NCBI RefSeq assembly: GCF_963506605.1
Contig: NC_083288.1
Span: 32,488,001 to 32,552,000, forward strand
Direction of reading: 5' to 3'
Origin: Zootoca vivipara
Lineage: Eukaryota
DNA length: 64,000 nucleotides
Of the stretch, positions 37,201 through 49,005 are shown in pieces (position 1 is the first letter of the stretch; every line of letters begins with the position of its first letter). The notes under the pieces were generated by a model. The model was not told the DNA's origin, did no database searches, and was given only the letters and a program-made list of their open reading frames with translations. A program made the translations under genes and the position numbers.

Positions 37201-38240
37201 AGATTCCTTGATGCAGTCAGTGCTGTGAGCCTCACCATCTTCGGACTGTGGGGACAAGTACCTAAGACATTAAAATATTACATGATGCTGTAATTTCTAG
37301 CTACACAAAGATTCCATCCTTTATTTCAGATGCAAGGGATTGTCATAAATGCACAGATGAAAAATATCCAAACAAAAGGCAAGACCAATGTATTCTGAAG
37401 GATGTCAGGTTCTTGTCTTATGAAGAACCTTTGGGCCTCTGTTTAGCCTCTTTAGCACTTTCATCTTCTATGATCACAACTCTAGTGCTTGCAACATTTA
37501 TAAAACACCACAATACTCCCATTGTCAAAGCCAACAACCGGGATCTCACCTATACTCTCCTCATCTCACTCCTGCTTTGCTTCCTTTGTGTATTTCTGTT
37601 TATTGGAGAACCCCATATGGTGATGTGTCTCTTCCGACAAAGTGCTTTTGGCATCATCTTCTCATTGGCTGTTGCTTGTGTGCTGGCAAAAACCATCACG
37701 GTAGTTCTGGCTTTCATGGCCACCAAACCTGGATCCAAAATGAGGAAGTGGGTGGGAAAGAGTCTAGCCAGCTGCATTGTTCTTTCCTGTTCCCTCATCC
37801 AAGCACTTATCTGCACTGTTTGGCTTGCAACCTCTCCCCCATTCCCAGATGTTGACATGCACTCCTTCACTTCAGAAATTGTTCTACAATGTAATGAGGG
37901 TTCTGTAACTATGTTTTACTGTGTCTTGGGCTACATGGGATTCCTGGCATTTGTCAGTTTCACTGTGGCTTTTCTTGCCAGAAAGTTACCTGGCAGTTTC
38001 AATGAAGCCAAGTTCATCTCTTTTAGCATGTTTGTCTTTTGCAGTGTTTGGTTATCATTTATTCCTTCCTACCTGAGCACAAAGGGAAAATACATGGTGG
38101 CAGTGGAGATCTTCTCTATTTTAACTTCCAGTGCTGGACTGCTGGGTTGCATCTTTTCCCCAAAATGTTACATAATTGTCTTGAGACCTGAGCTGAACAA
38201 CAAGGAACAGCTGATCAGGAGAAAACCTCAAAGAATGTAA
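32179..38240 (+). CDS. V2R gene F, complete 6-exon vomeronasal type-2 receptor (~878 aa)
   Basis: Exons 32179-32396, 32926-33217, 34807-35667, 35998-36225, 36376-36502, 37330-38240. All GT-AG, total 2637 nt, open frame. Confidence 0.95.
32747..32837. mobile_element. 91-bp hAT mini-MITE (inverted copy of 16800-16889)
   Basis: TIR CATAGCTGCCAAGTT; 8-bp TSD TATAGAAT. Confidence 0.85.
32926..33217 (+). CDS. V2R gene F exon 2
   Basis: [24 protein letters not shown]...YKIPQ, 292 bp. Confidence 0.93.
34194..34245. repeat. (CA)n microsatellite
   Basis: Read directly from the sequence. Confidence 0.95.
34251..34500 (+). mobile_element. Squam3-like tRNA-derived SINE
   Basis: GAGAGCCAGTGTGGTGTAGTGGTTAAGAG head and (CTT)n tail; absent from the paralogous intron of gene I. 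Confidence 0.8.
34807..35667 (+). CDS. V2R gene F exon 3
   Basis: [12 protein letters not shown]...CLWQ, 861 bp. Confidence 0.93.
35998..36225 (+). CDS. V2R gene F exon 4
   Basis: [16 protein letters not shown]...GFNQ, 228 bp. Confidence 0.93.
36376..36502 (+). CDS. V2R gene F exon 5
   Basis: [42 protein letters not shown], 127 bp. Confidence 0.93.
37330..38240 (+). CDS. V2R gene F exon 6 (7TM)
   Basis: [11 protein letters not shown]..7[10 protein letters not shown], stop at 38240. Confidence 0.95.
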
Positions 38241-38556
38241 TTGTCCATTTTGTGTTTTTTGGGCGGTTTTCTCCACATTGTTGCAAATTTTAAGGTGAAG
38301 ACTGAATCAAACGTTTCCTAGGAAACCCACAAATTACATTTCCTTTCATAATACAGTAATACAATATAATATTATTGTCACGTGATTGCTATTGAATACT
38401 GGAAGCCATTCTTGTCTCCCTGTGGATGTTTCCTTAGCAGCAAGTGACAACTGGGGTGCCACAGGGTTCTTTTCTGTCTCCATTGGTGCCCATCATTTTT
38501 ATAAATGTCTTGGATGAGGGAATTAAGGGATGTTCATCAAATTTGCAGGTGACACC

Positions 38557-40231
38557 TGCGACGGACCACCCCTCTGACTCTCAAATTCCCTCTGTTGTCT
38601 TTTGCGCAGTCAGGCGGAGTCCCCCCCAGTCTCCCGAGTGGAATAATGACACAGGACCACGTATTTATTGGATTAAAATTGGCCACAACTTTATTAAAAT
38701 TCAGATGTAGGAAGACCTTGGCGCAGGCATTGGGCGTATATTCATCCCAGCCCCCAGCCGGGGGTGGGGTGATCTTCAGGGTTGTCCAGCATTAGTGGGG
38801 GTTGGGCTAACTCTGGATAACATATGTTCAAGCAGGTAGCCCGCCCCCCCAATCGCCGCCGCTGGAAGGGGAGGGCAATAATCAGCCAAGTGGCATCGCC
38901 AAATGCCCCCCCCTTGAGGCCCGATTACGGGAACCCTGTTATTGCCGCCACAATAGGGCGGGGGGGTCACCGCCCCCACGCCCCTCCCCTTTATGTAAAT
39001 GACTAAAGGATTCCGCCCAAGGCCTGCATCCGCCAAAGTTGTGACGAATTGCTACAGGAAAGGCGAAACCTGCCGATGCAGGGAAAGTCCTTTCCAGCCC
39101 TTTAACAGCGACCGGTCGTAGCAGCGCCTGCGTGCGTGTACGCCTGTGGAAGAAAAACCTGAAACGCAAGAAGCCTGTGGAAGTAAATAACCTGTAAAGC
39201 AAGCATAAAGTTAGGGAGTGGAGGGTGGGAAAGCTCTGAATCCGTCGGCTGCTTCCAAAGAATGGCTCCTCTTCTTTGTGTGCAGGTAAGCCTACCTGAT
39301 CCTACCTGGCCGATCCCCCTGGCACGCCTCCCTTCGGCCGGATTGGTCGGCTGACTGAGTGGGAGGCGACTCCAGCCTCCAGCCTCAGGTAGGCAGTGCC
39401 AGCCTCCAAACTTCCAGGACTGCCTCAGGGATCCCAGGGATGGCTGCACGCGACTGCGCAAAATGTGCCTCCCCTTTATGTTGGGGAAGCGGTCATTATT
39501 TCTCTGTGGTGAAGATCGGGACCTTCTTAAACTCCCTTCTACATCAGACTCTTGAGGTCCGCCTAAATTAGGAATTTCCCTTTTCTCTAAGGGTCTCTTA
39601 ACAACAAGGGAACACCTATCCAGCTACCGTGGCCAGTTGCAAGCTTGGCTCTGGGTTACTGGGAATAAAGCTCCTTTTTGCCTTCAGTCCAGGGCTTCCC
39701 TCACTTAGGGTCCCTCCCTGTTACTGTTACCTCAGCACACAGGGCAACAATTGGCACTCCTGAGCTTTTTCGTCCCTTCACCCCTCTTTTGGCTGACTCA
39801 AGGACCTGACTTATCACCTTGTCAGTCATAGTGTCCCTTTCTTCGAGTTCACCACCTTTTGAGCCCGCCCACCCTGCTGGATCAAACAGTCGACGATATT
39901 TCTTAGCACAACAAGAACTAAGCTTTATTTATTATATAACATAACTGTTTCAGTATTTCATTTGTTTACAGTATGCTTTCTTCATTCAGATGTATAACTG
40001 TAATTCCTACTTGTTCTCTCCTAACCACCACTACCCTGGCCCCACACCCTCTGCTTCCAGTCACCACTCTCCCCCGCCCTCTCCTCCTGACCAATGGCTG
40101 CTGCCTCCTTTTAAAGAGCGGAATGTCCCGCCTCTCTGCAGCCAACTGTCACTCTAACGGAGAGAGGGTAACTTAACTCTTAACACCCTGGAGATATTCC
40201 CAAACCCTTAAACTAAGATCAATCCGTCACA
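38557..40231. mobile_element. Solo LTR (interrupted by the 38600-39463 element)
   Basis: Termini TGCGACGGA...TCCGTCACA; 5-bp TSD ACACC (38552-38556, 40232-40236). Confidence 0.75.
38600..39463 (-). mobile_element. Ngaro/DIRS-like non-coding element with 12-bp inverted termini
   Basis: TTTTGCGCAGTC (38600) and GACTGCGCAAAA (39452); GGCCACAACTTTATT and CCAATCCGG..GGCGTG motifs shared with the 51.8-53.5 kb element; CpG-rich. Confidence 0.6.
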
Positions 40232-40986
40232 ACACCCAACTGAGAGGGGTAGCTAATTAGGATTCAAGATGGCCTTCATAGATTGGAGAACTGGGTCCAC
40301 ATTTGGAAAACGAATTTCAGTTGGGACAAATGTAACACTTACAAAGATCCAGATGCACTGAAAGGACTCAATCCGATGGATTCGAATTACAAGAAATGAG
40401 TTTCTGACTCAACATCAGGAAGAGCTTTCTGACAATAGGAATTGTTTGACACTGGAATGGACTCCTTTCTGAGGTTATGGAGTTTCCTTCATTGGAGGTT
40501 TTTAAGCAGAGGTTGGATATCCATCTGCCATGGATGCTTTAGCTGAAAGCATCTGTCAGTTTATCCATGGAAGCTGGCAGAGTTTGGGTTGGTGTACTGG
40601 CAGAGGTAACCACTTCTTCCAGTTTTGTTCAGGACTCTATGGGAAGTGCTACTATTGAAATAGCAGATGAGTGTGAGCCCTAGCTTTGAGGTTTTTATGA
40701 TCAAACAGTATATAAATTTCATGCAATAAAGAAATAAATACATACATTGGATGAGGGCATTATATGTCTGACTTATCCGACAATGCATTTAACTCAAATC
40801 CAAAGGTTTAAAAAGTCTGAGGAATTTATGAAATTCATGAAGAATTTGAAAAAGAGTCTTGAGGAATGTGAGTTGGTAGAGATACATAAAGCTGTTTCTT
40901 ACAGCAACACATGATAATACATTATATAAATGCAACAAACACCACTGTATCATAGGCAATAAACAAGACACAGACAAGTACATTCT

Positions 40987-41888
40987 TTAAGACTTTCTTC
41001 TTATTAGCAGGCCCCTATCATTCAGCTCAGGCCTCAACAAAATAATGTAACATTTTGGAGAAAAGATACAGCCCAGCAGCCCAGCACTAGAGGTTAAGAT
41101 AGAAAAGATCTCCACTGCTACCATGTATTTCCCTTTAGTGCTCAAGTAAGTTGGAACAAAAGATAACCAAACGCTACAGAAGACCAGCATACTGAAAGTG
41201 ATAAACTTTGCTTCATTGAAACTGTCAGGTAACTTCCTGGCAAAGAAAGCTACAGTGAAACTGACAGTGGCCAGGAAGCCCATGTAGCCAAGAACACAGT
41301 AAAACATAGTCACAGACCCCTCATTACATTCTAGTATAATTTCATCAGACACAGAGTGCATGTCAACATTTGGGAATGGAGGATTGGTTGCCAGCCACAC
41401 AAGGCAGGTGCCTGCTTGAATGACAGAACAGGAGATCACAATGGAATAGGCAAGGCTTTTCCCAATCCATTTCTTCACCCTCGATCCTGGCTTAGTGGCC
41501 ATGAAAGCCAGGACAACTGTGATGGTTTTTGCCAGCACACAAGAAACAGCCAGTGAGAAAATGATGCCAAAAGCAGTTTGCCGGAGGAGACATGTCACCT
41601 TCCAAGGTTTGCCAATGAATAGCAATGCACAAATGAAGCAGAGTAGGAGGGAGATCAGGAGAATGTAGGTGAGGTCCCGGTTGTTGGCTTTGACAATAGG
41701 GGTGTCATGGTGCTTCATAAAGGTCACCAGGACCAGAGCTGTGATCAAACAAAATGAAAGAGACAAACATGCTAAAGTGAACCCCAAAGGTTCTTCAAAT
41801 GTCAGGTAACTTACATTCTTGGGAATACACCAATCTCTGTTTTTGTTTGGATAATTCTCATCTGTGCATTCATGACAATCACTCATAT
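40987..41888 (-). CDS. V2R gene G exon 6 (7TM)
   Basis: DMSDCHEC...[17 protein letters not shown]...RRKS stop, 902 bp, open. Confidence 0.85.
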
Positions 41889-41936
41889 CTGGAAAAAAAG
41901 TTATTTCCCTTTGATTAAAGTGGTACACATCTCACC

Positions 41937-41939
<3 letters not shown>

Positions 41940-41991
<52 letters not shown>
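41940..41991. repeat. (GATA)n microsatellite
   Basis: Read directly from the sequence. Confidence 0.95.
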
Positions 41992-43310
41992 CAGATCGAT
42001 AGATCGATAGATAAGAGATAGGTGATAGAGGTCCAGTTTTCTAAGTGTAGCTTTTTCAAGATACAAGTTCATAATGAGTTTATTATTTATACCTAACACT
42101 TATATTTAAATGAGTTGAGGTAGCTTACAGCCAAAAGAATAATGTGTTTGTGTGTGTAAAAGAGATATAGGGAGTAGACATCATCGCACTGAGAGCAGGA
42201 AGGTTCAATCCTGTGGTGTTCAGCTTCTTAACAAGGGTGCTCCGAACAGAGAAGCCCCTAGTGAAGGAGCAGTATGTAGGATTCAATCTTCAACTTAGTA
42301 AAGGATCTGATTTGCATGGAGCATATTATTCCTCTTGCACAAGTACCTCCCTGGAAGGGATGACTCATAGGAAGGAGGAGCAACCCAAACCCTGTAGGGT
42401 GGAATCACTTGCTTACCAGTTCCTAAGTGAAGGATTTCATTCTGCTTGGTATTGCATCAAGGGGTGGGGCGGTGAGCATGAAGAGGGAGATAATAGCCAG
42501 GAAAGAGAAGCTAAATGAGAAAGCCTGCACCCCAAATTCCAACTCCTTCTCCATCCCGTCCCACTCCTACCTTCACTGGGGAATACATGAACGGCCAAGT
42601 AGATCCAGCCTACTTTATTTATGCAGTATCTCCTTCTTCCCCTCTAACTCCTGCCTTTCCTTCCTGCCTTAAGCCTTTCCTTCAGGCAGCCCTGGGTTAT
42701 TCTGGGTCACCAACCTTCAACAATCCAAAGCTGTCTCAAGCCAAGTTGAGTGACACCCAGAACACCCCAAATCTGCCAGGTGTGGGTCAGCTGAATCACA
42801 TGCACAGCTGTAGTAATAGACTTGTTAGTGTATATCTGAGAAACCAACATGAAATGGGAAAAACTCAATTCATCCCATTCTAGTGATGTGTACATGCATT
42901 TGTTGGTATGCTTACAAGTACCGGTATCCTCGTGATCAGGAATGGGGCCTTATCAGAGCTCCTCTTCACAAGGAGGCTTATAAACATGTTCTGGCAAATG
43001 GACTGACAAGGCTCCTTCAGACTTTTCTTTTGATCACACAAAAGTCAGGAGTGGAGGAGGTGTGGCTAGTGATATTTCGGGGGAAGGGATATTGCACATG
43101 CCTATCTCCATATACCTGTTTGCGTTCATGTATCCTGGCTGAACACCCAATGAAGGCTATTTGAATATGAGTAATATAATATACATGGTTCTCCAGAGAT
43201 ACATTACAAATTATTTTTTATTCTTCTGTAGGTTCACATCCAGTCCAAACAGAATAAAACAAAACAAGTTTGTATGCTATGTCGGGTTGCATCCAATCTC
43301 TATTTCTTAC

Positions 43311-43437
43311 CATCCTGAGCTGAAATCTTCCCTTCTGGACATGGGATGCAATCATAACAGCAAAATGGCTCCCCCTCCTTCACTTTCTTGCTGGAACCAG
43401 GATGGCAACTTTCAGTACATACAGAAAGAGGTTGTGT
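43311..43437 (-). CDS. V2R gene G exon 5
   Basis: [36 protein letters not shown], 127 bp. Confidence 0.8.
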
Positions 43438-43520
43438 CTAGTCATAAAAAATAAAGAAGACTTTTACTGGACGTGCATACATCCATGGGATTCATTTTTT
43501 CATGGCTTCATCCCATACTA

Positions 43521-43723
43521 CAGTAAAACCTCGGTTTACACCTACCTCGGCAAGTGACAGCTTCGGCGAGCAACTGCCATGGACCTGAAAGTGTTTACAT
43601 CCGGGTTCCACGACGTCGGATGCGCAGATGCAATCTGCGCAGCGCGCACATGTGCAGGAGTATGTCTTCAGCGAGCGACTGCCTCCATGAAACAGATTGC
43701 GGTCACAAACCGAGGTACCACTG
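43521..43723. mobile_element. Tigger-like MITE
   Basis: TA-CAGTAAAACCTCGGTTT...AAACCGAGGTACCACTG-TA. Confidence 0.8.
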
Positions 43724-43799
43724 TACTGTGCTACTTTTGGGATAAAACAGCTGAGGCCCATCATATATTTAAAATAAATAATAATTTTCCAATGGTCAG

Positions 43800-45230
43800 T
43801 TGTAAAAAACTGCGCTGATCAATTAGCAGAGGTCCTGACAAAGATTTTTAACATCTCCCTGCAGGCTGCTTGTGTACCATCATGTTTGAAAGCAGCCACC
43901 ATTGTCCCAGTCCCAAAGAAACAGCAATTAACTCCCTAAATGACTACAGACCCATGGCATCAACATCTGTAGTGATGAAATGCTTTCAGAGACTGGTTCT
44001 TCAACACCTTAAGACATGTTTTCCACCGGATTTTGATGAACACCATTTCACTTATAGGAGAAATAGGTCAACAGATGATACCATAGCCACAGCTTATCAC
44101 CTTGCAGCGAGTCATCTCGAGAGACCGGCGAATTATGTCAGAATGCTGCTTATTGATTATAGCTCGGCTTTTAATACCATCCTTCCAGGCATTCTTATTT
44201 AAAAGCTGATGGACCTGGACCTTTCTTCCACCATCTGTGATTGGATTAAAGACTTTCTGAGGGATCACACACAAATAGTGAGGATTGGGCCTGCTACATC
44301 TACCTCTCTGAAGCTCAGCACTGGCACCCCACAGGGATGTGTGCTGAGTCCCTACCTGTACTCATTGTATACATATGACTGCATTTCATCCAATCCATCC
44401 CCTGTAATTATTAAGTTTGCAGATGATACCACCATAATGGGTCCAATTACAGGTGGAGATGAATCAGCGTATAGGGAGGAGGTTAAAAAAGTCTCAACAT
44501 GGTGCCTAGAGAACAACTTGCACCTAAATATCAGTAAGACAAAGGAGATGGTGTTGGACTTTCGTAGCAAGAGAGGGGAACTAGCCCCGTTGTATATCAG
44601 GGGGAGTGCTGTGTGGAGAGAGACTCTTCCTTTAAATTCCTGGGAGTTTACCTTAGTGAAGACCTCACCTGGAAAATCAATACAACCCAGGTGGTTAGAA
44701 AGGCCCAACAGAGACACCATTTCCTCAGGGTCTTGCGTAAGAACAATGTCAAACAAAAAATTGCTGATCTCTTTCTACCGGTCAACAATAGAAAGTGTCC
44801 TTTCATACTATATTACAGTGTGGTACGCTGGTTTGACAGCCACCGACAGGAAGTCCCTACAGAGGGTGATGAATACAGCACATGATATCATGGGCTGTCC
44901 CCTGAGTTCACTAGATGACATCGCAGGAGACCACTGCCTCAGGAGAGTGAGAAAAAATTCTCAGGGATGACTCACACCCCAGCCAGCACATCTTTAATCT
45001 CCTACCTTTGGGCAGGAGATACAGAAGTATAGTCAGCCACACCAACAGGTTAAAGAACAGCTTTTATCCATGGGCTGTTGGGCTGCTGAATAAAAAAGAA
45101 ATAGTGGTGCAATTGACTTCCGACAAGCACACAAAGTGCGAACAAGACTGAATGTATGGGGGGGGGCTTGTTTAATTTCACTGTACACAGGTGGTGTAGT
45201 GACAATAAAAAGGTTTATTGTTATTATTAG
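43800..45230 (+). mobile_element. Rex1/Babar-type LINE, 5'-truncated, degenerate RT
   Basis: NDYRPMASTSVVMKCFQRLV, LIDYSSAFNTI, GTPQGCVLSPYLYSLYT, IKFADDTT, FYRSTIESVL; AATAAA and (TTA) tail. Confidence 0.85.
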
Positions 45231-45274
45231 TTGATATAAGTTTCCATACATTTCTTGTGTTTCTATTCACATTA

Positions 45275-45518
45275 CAGTAGTACCTCTACTTACGAATAAC
45301 TCTACTTACAAATGTTTCTACTTAGGAATGGAGCTCCGTCCGCCATCTTGGATGTGGTTTAGATAGGATTTTTTTCTACTTACGAATTTTTAGATAGGGT
45401 TGCTTCTACTTACGAATTTTTTCTCCCAATGCATTCCTATGGGATTCAACTTACAATTTTTTTCGACTTACAAATGTGCGTTTGGAACGCATTAAATTCG
45501 TAAGTAGAGGTACCACTG
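45275..45518. mobile_element. Tigger-like MITE
   Basis: TA-CAGTAGTACCTCTACTTACGAA...TTCGTAAGTAGAGGTACCACTG-TA. Confidence 0.85.
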
Positions 45519-46064
45519 TAATTACCTTTTTTGGAATTTGCCCTTATTTAGCAAAATTTTAAAAGTACACAGAGACACACATACATACACAAAGACAGTG
45601 ACCTTCTTCTCCTACAAGTTTTAAAGAATAGATACCAAATTGCTGACTGGTGAATCTTACCTGGTTAAACCAAATGTGCCATGTTATGGCATCTTCATTG
45701 ATGGTAAACACTGGGCCTAGGTGAGACTTGGGATCCATCCTCCCAACTTTCACTACAGGTTCGTCTCCAGAATTAACCCAGTTGGTAACATCAAATCCAG
45801 CTACAAACTGTTATTGTCAAAGGAAACCATTTCCCCCACGCTGTTGTTAAATGAGATACTTCTCAGGAAATGATGGAGCTACATTGAAAGGGATACCAAA
45901 GAACATTGGTAGCAGTTGTCAAAATAAAGCAACCTCACAATGTAGGTCACAGTCAAAAGTCTGTGTTGTTGTTTAAACCCATTAATGCTTGAACATTTTT
46001 TCCTGATCATGGGGTTTTTCCTGAGTGATGGGGTTGGATCTTTCAAACTAAATAGTTTGAAATA

Positions 46065-46351
46065 CAGTGGTGCCTCGCTTAACGAATGCCCTGCTTAACG
46101 AAATTGCTGCTTAACGATAGGATTTTTCGAGTGGAGCTTGCCTCGCTAGACGAATGCATTTTACGAAGAATTCGCCTAGCGAATCACGGTTTCCCATAGG
46201 AATGCATTGAAATTCAATTAATGCATTCCTATGGGCAAAAAAAAAATTCAAAAAAAAATTCAATGCATTCCTATGGGATTCGCTAGACGAATTTTTCGCT
46301 ATAAGAAAAGACCCGTGGAACGAATTAATTTCATCTAGCGAGGCACCACTG
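46065..46351. mobile_element. Tigger-like MITE
   Basis: TA-CAGTGGTGCCTCGCT...AGCGAGGCACCACTG-TA. Confidence 0.85.
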
Positions 46352-46734
46352 TACTTTGAATAGCTGTGCACATTTCACCAACCCGTTCACCAATTTAAGC
46401 TATTGAAATAACACTAGTTCATTGCTGTGAAGATGTGGGAAGATGGAGTCTGTCCATCACTGCACTAAACAACACAGGAGGTGATACAATGTGAGCCAAA
46501 GCTGCAGCAGTATGATCTGGGCTGATGTTAACCTCATAGGCCCCAGGAAGAAGAGACAAGATTGCTGAATGAAATATGAACTCCCCCCCCCCTTCATTCT
46601 GGATTGCGGGAGCTAGAATTAAGATGAAAATGTGAGATCATAAAGAACTTAGCAAACATTTTGTTTGCACATTATGACCTATTATTTCATTCAAAATATT
46701 CTGCTCGTCTACAAGAAAACTTTAAGTTACTTAC

Positions 46735-47595
46735 CTGCAATGACAGTCGTTTTTGATGTTTCAGTCCATCTTCCTCCATCACTGCACTTCGCTTGAGTCT
46801 AGTGAAGGACATTTTATGCAAAGCATTGGCGACAACATAGACAGCATTGTAGATGCTGTAGCTATGGCCAGTCATGCTCATTTCAAAAAAAGAATGAGGG
46901 AGGCTCTCCAGCTTCTCCTTCCCAGTGCAAAAGTCCCACTTCTCCTCATCCAGAGCATGCATTGGAAACCCACAGCCAAAGGCATTTTGCCAGAAGTCCC
47001 AGATAAAACCATCTCCTGCCCTGCTGAATGGATTTATGCTCTCAACAAACTCATGAAACCGTGGGACATCATTAGAGTGAATTCTGAAGGCGACAGCACC
47101 GTAGAAGAGTTCATCATCCCATGACTTTTGAAAAACAAATGAAGTATGTTCTACCTGCGCCGTTCCTATCCAGACTTTACCTTTGGATTTACTTGACTTG
47201 TGTTCTTGTTGTGATATATATGGAAGAAATCTAAAAAATGCCAAGGAATAAGATTCCCCATAGGCAACCAATACATTGGCTTTGCTGCCCATCACTTCAT
47301 CATGTATTTCTGCGCCCTCTTCTAGCACATTCTTAATGTCAGCAACAAAAGTCAATATTGGAATTCTTTTTATGAAAGCAAAACAGACCCCATTCTGGGA
47401 AAACAGTGGAACTACAGTTTGCACAAATCTTTCTCCATCTGAGGTATCCATAACAACAAGCCCAATCCATGTCCACCCAAAATGCAGAAGTAAAGAAAGA
47501 ATCCCTATATACTGAATGGCTTCATTAGGGACCATCTGGTAGAAGGGAAGGCCTGGAGTTTTATCATTCATCACTGGAGCAGGGCTGTATGTTAG
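46735..47595 (-). CDS. V2R gene G exon 3
   Basis: [15 protein letters not shown]...LSLQ, 861 bp, open. Confidence 0.82.
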
Positions 47596-47835
47596 CTAAA
47601 GATAAATGGAAAGTGGAAATGGAAAATAAGATGCTTATATTTCTGCAGTAACTTATGTCAATTGTCCTTATCATCAAACTGTAAATTAGATGTAGACTGG
47701 AAATTGTTTTTCTACGTATTTTTGAAGGGGTTGCGTAGCTATCCAACAAGACATTCTCAGATGTTTTGCCTGAACCTGAATCTCTTGATTTGGACATTTC
47801 TGGTTATATACCTTTGAACTACCTATCCCTTAGTC

Positions 47836-47970
47836 CAGGCATCCCCAAACTGCACCCTCCAGATGTTTTGGCCTAGAACTCCCATGATCCCTAGCTAATA
47901 GGACCAGTGGTTGGTGAAGATGGGAATTGTAGTTCAAAACATCTGGAGGGCCAAAGTTTGGGGATGCCTG
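47836..47970. mobile_element. Palindromic hAT MITE
   Basis: CAGGCATCCCCAAACT...AGTTTGGGGATGCCTG; TSD (C/T)CTTAGTC. Confidence 0.85.
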
Positions 47971-48264
47971 TCTTAGTCCAAGTGGCCACAAGCTGCATTC
48001 AGGGGTTTGGTGGTGCGTCTGTACAATTAAATATAACACAACACAGAATATTACAATTGGCACACAACACAGAAAAACTATTAAGTGGTTTGCCAAGATC
48101 CATAGCAATTGTCAGTGACTTGGAACCACTGCCCCATTCCATTTACTTACTGCAACTAAACCAAAGTATGTGTTACTCTAATACTCACATATTAATCCTC
48201 TACCTATTATCTATGCTACCATTTCACTATTTGCTCTGTTGCTTCCCTGCTCTATTTTGTTATA

Positions 48265-48445
48265 CTGTATGTTCCTGGTATAAGACTACTTTTTAACCCA
48301 GGAAAATCTTCTCAAAAGGTGGGGGTCGTCTTATACGCCGGGTCGTATTTCTTATACAGCGAGTGTATCCCAACCTCTATATTTTAACTGGAAAAGTTGT
48401 GGGTTGTCTTATACACCCAGTCATCTTATATGCCGGAATATACAG
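48265..48445. mobile_element. Tc2/pogo-like MITE
   Basis: TA-CTGTATGTTCC.GG.TATAAGA...TCTTATATGCCGGAATATACAG-TA. Confidence 0.7.
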
Positions 48446-48713
48446 TATTTTAGTTGCCTTGGGGTGGGAACCTGCCATATCTGTTCTTACTAAGGTGTCA
48501 TGCACATAAATTGAGCTTAATAAAAATAATAGTGCTTTAAAAAAAATATGTTTAGGGGTACTCTCATTTTCCTACTCATATTGAAATAATGCCCTTCAAT
48601 GAGGCCAAACTTGGATTCAAAAAATGTTTAGCGGCATGCATCCCCCTGTGTCCCCCCAGAAAAAAAAGCAATGGCAATAATATCAACAATATCAACACAC
48701 ATGTACATCCTAC

Positions 48714-49005
48714 CTGTGGAATCTTGTAAATATCCAAGGCATTTGCCACATGAAGGGAGATTTCGGAGTCCAGTCCCCCAATAACGGCTATTAGATTATT
48801 CTGAATATTGCATATGTAATTGGGGACAAATTTCTCCAGAGTTGACGTAAGTAGTATAGTGGCATGATAGGTCGCCTTGGCATTGAAATAGCTGTCATAA
48901 ATGTGGAAGCCCAAGGTGATATTGGGTAAGAGCTGAGGGTTTTCATTGATCTCCTTTACCGAGAAGGCCAAGGCCAGGATGTGTTGGTAATTATTAGGTA
49001 CTATA
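48714..49005 (-). CDS. V2R gene G exon 2
   Basis: [24 protein letters not shown]...YKIPQ, 292 bp. Confidence 0.82.

Larger units (their letters stand above)
38444..40545 (+). mobile_element. CR1 LINE fragment split by the solo LTR (38444-38556 and 40232-40545)
   Basis: GVPQGS.L.P..IFIN.LDEG..KFAGDT resumes after the TSD with ..GVAN..RLENW and the CR1 3' end (GGAGGTTTTTAAGCAGAGGTTGG). Confidence 0.75.
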
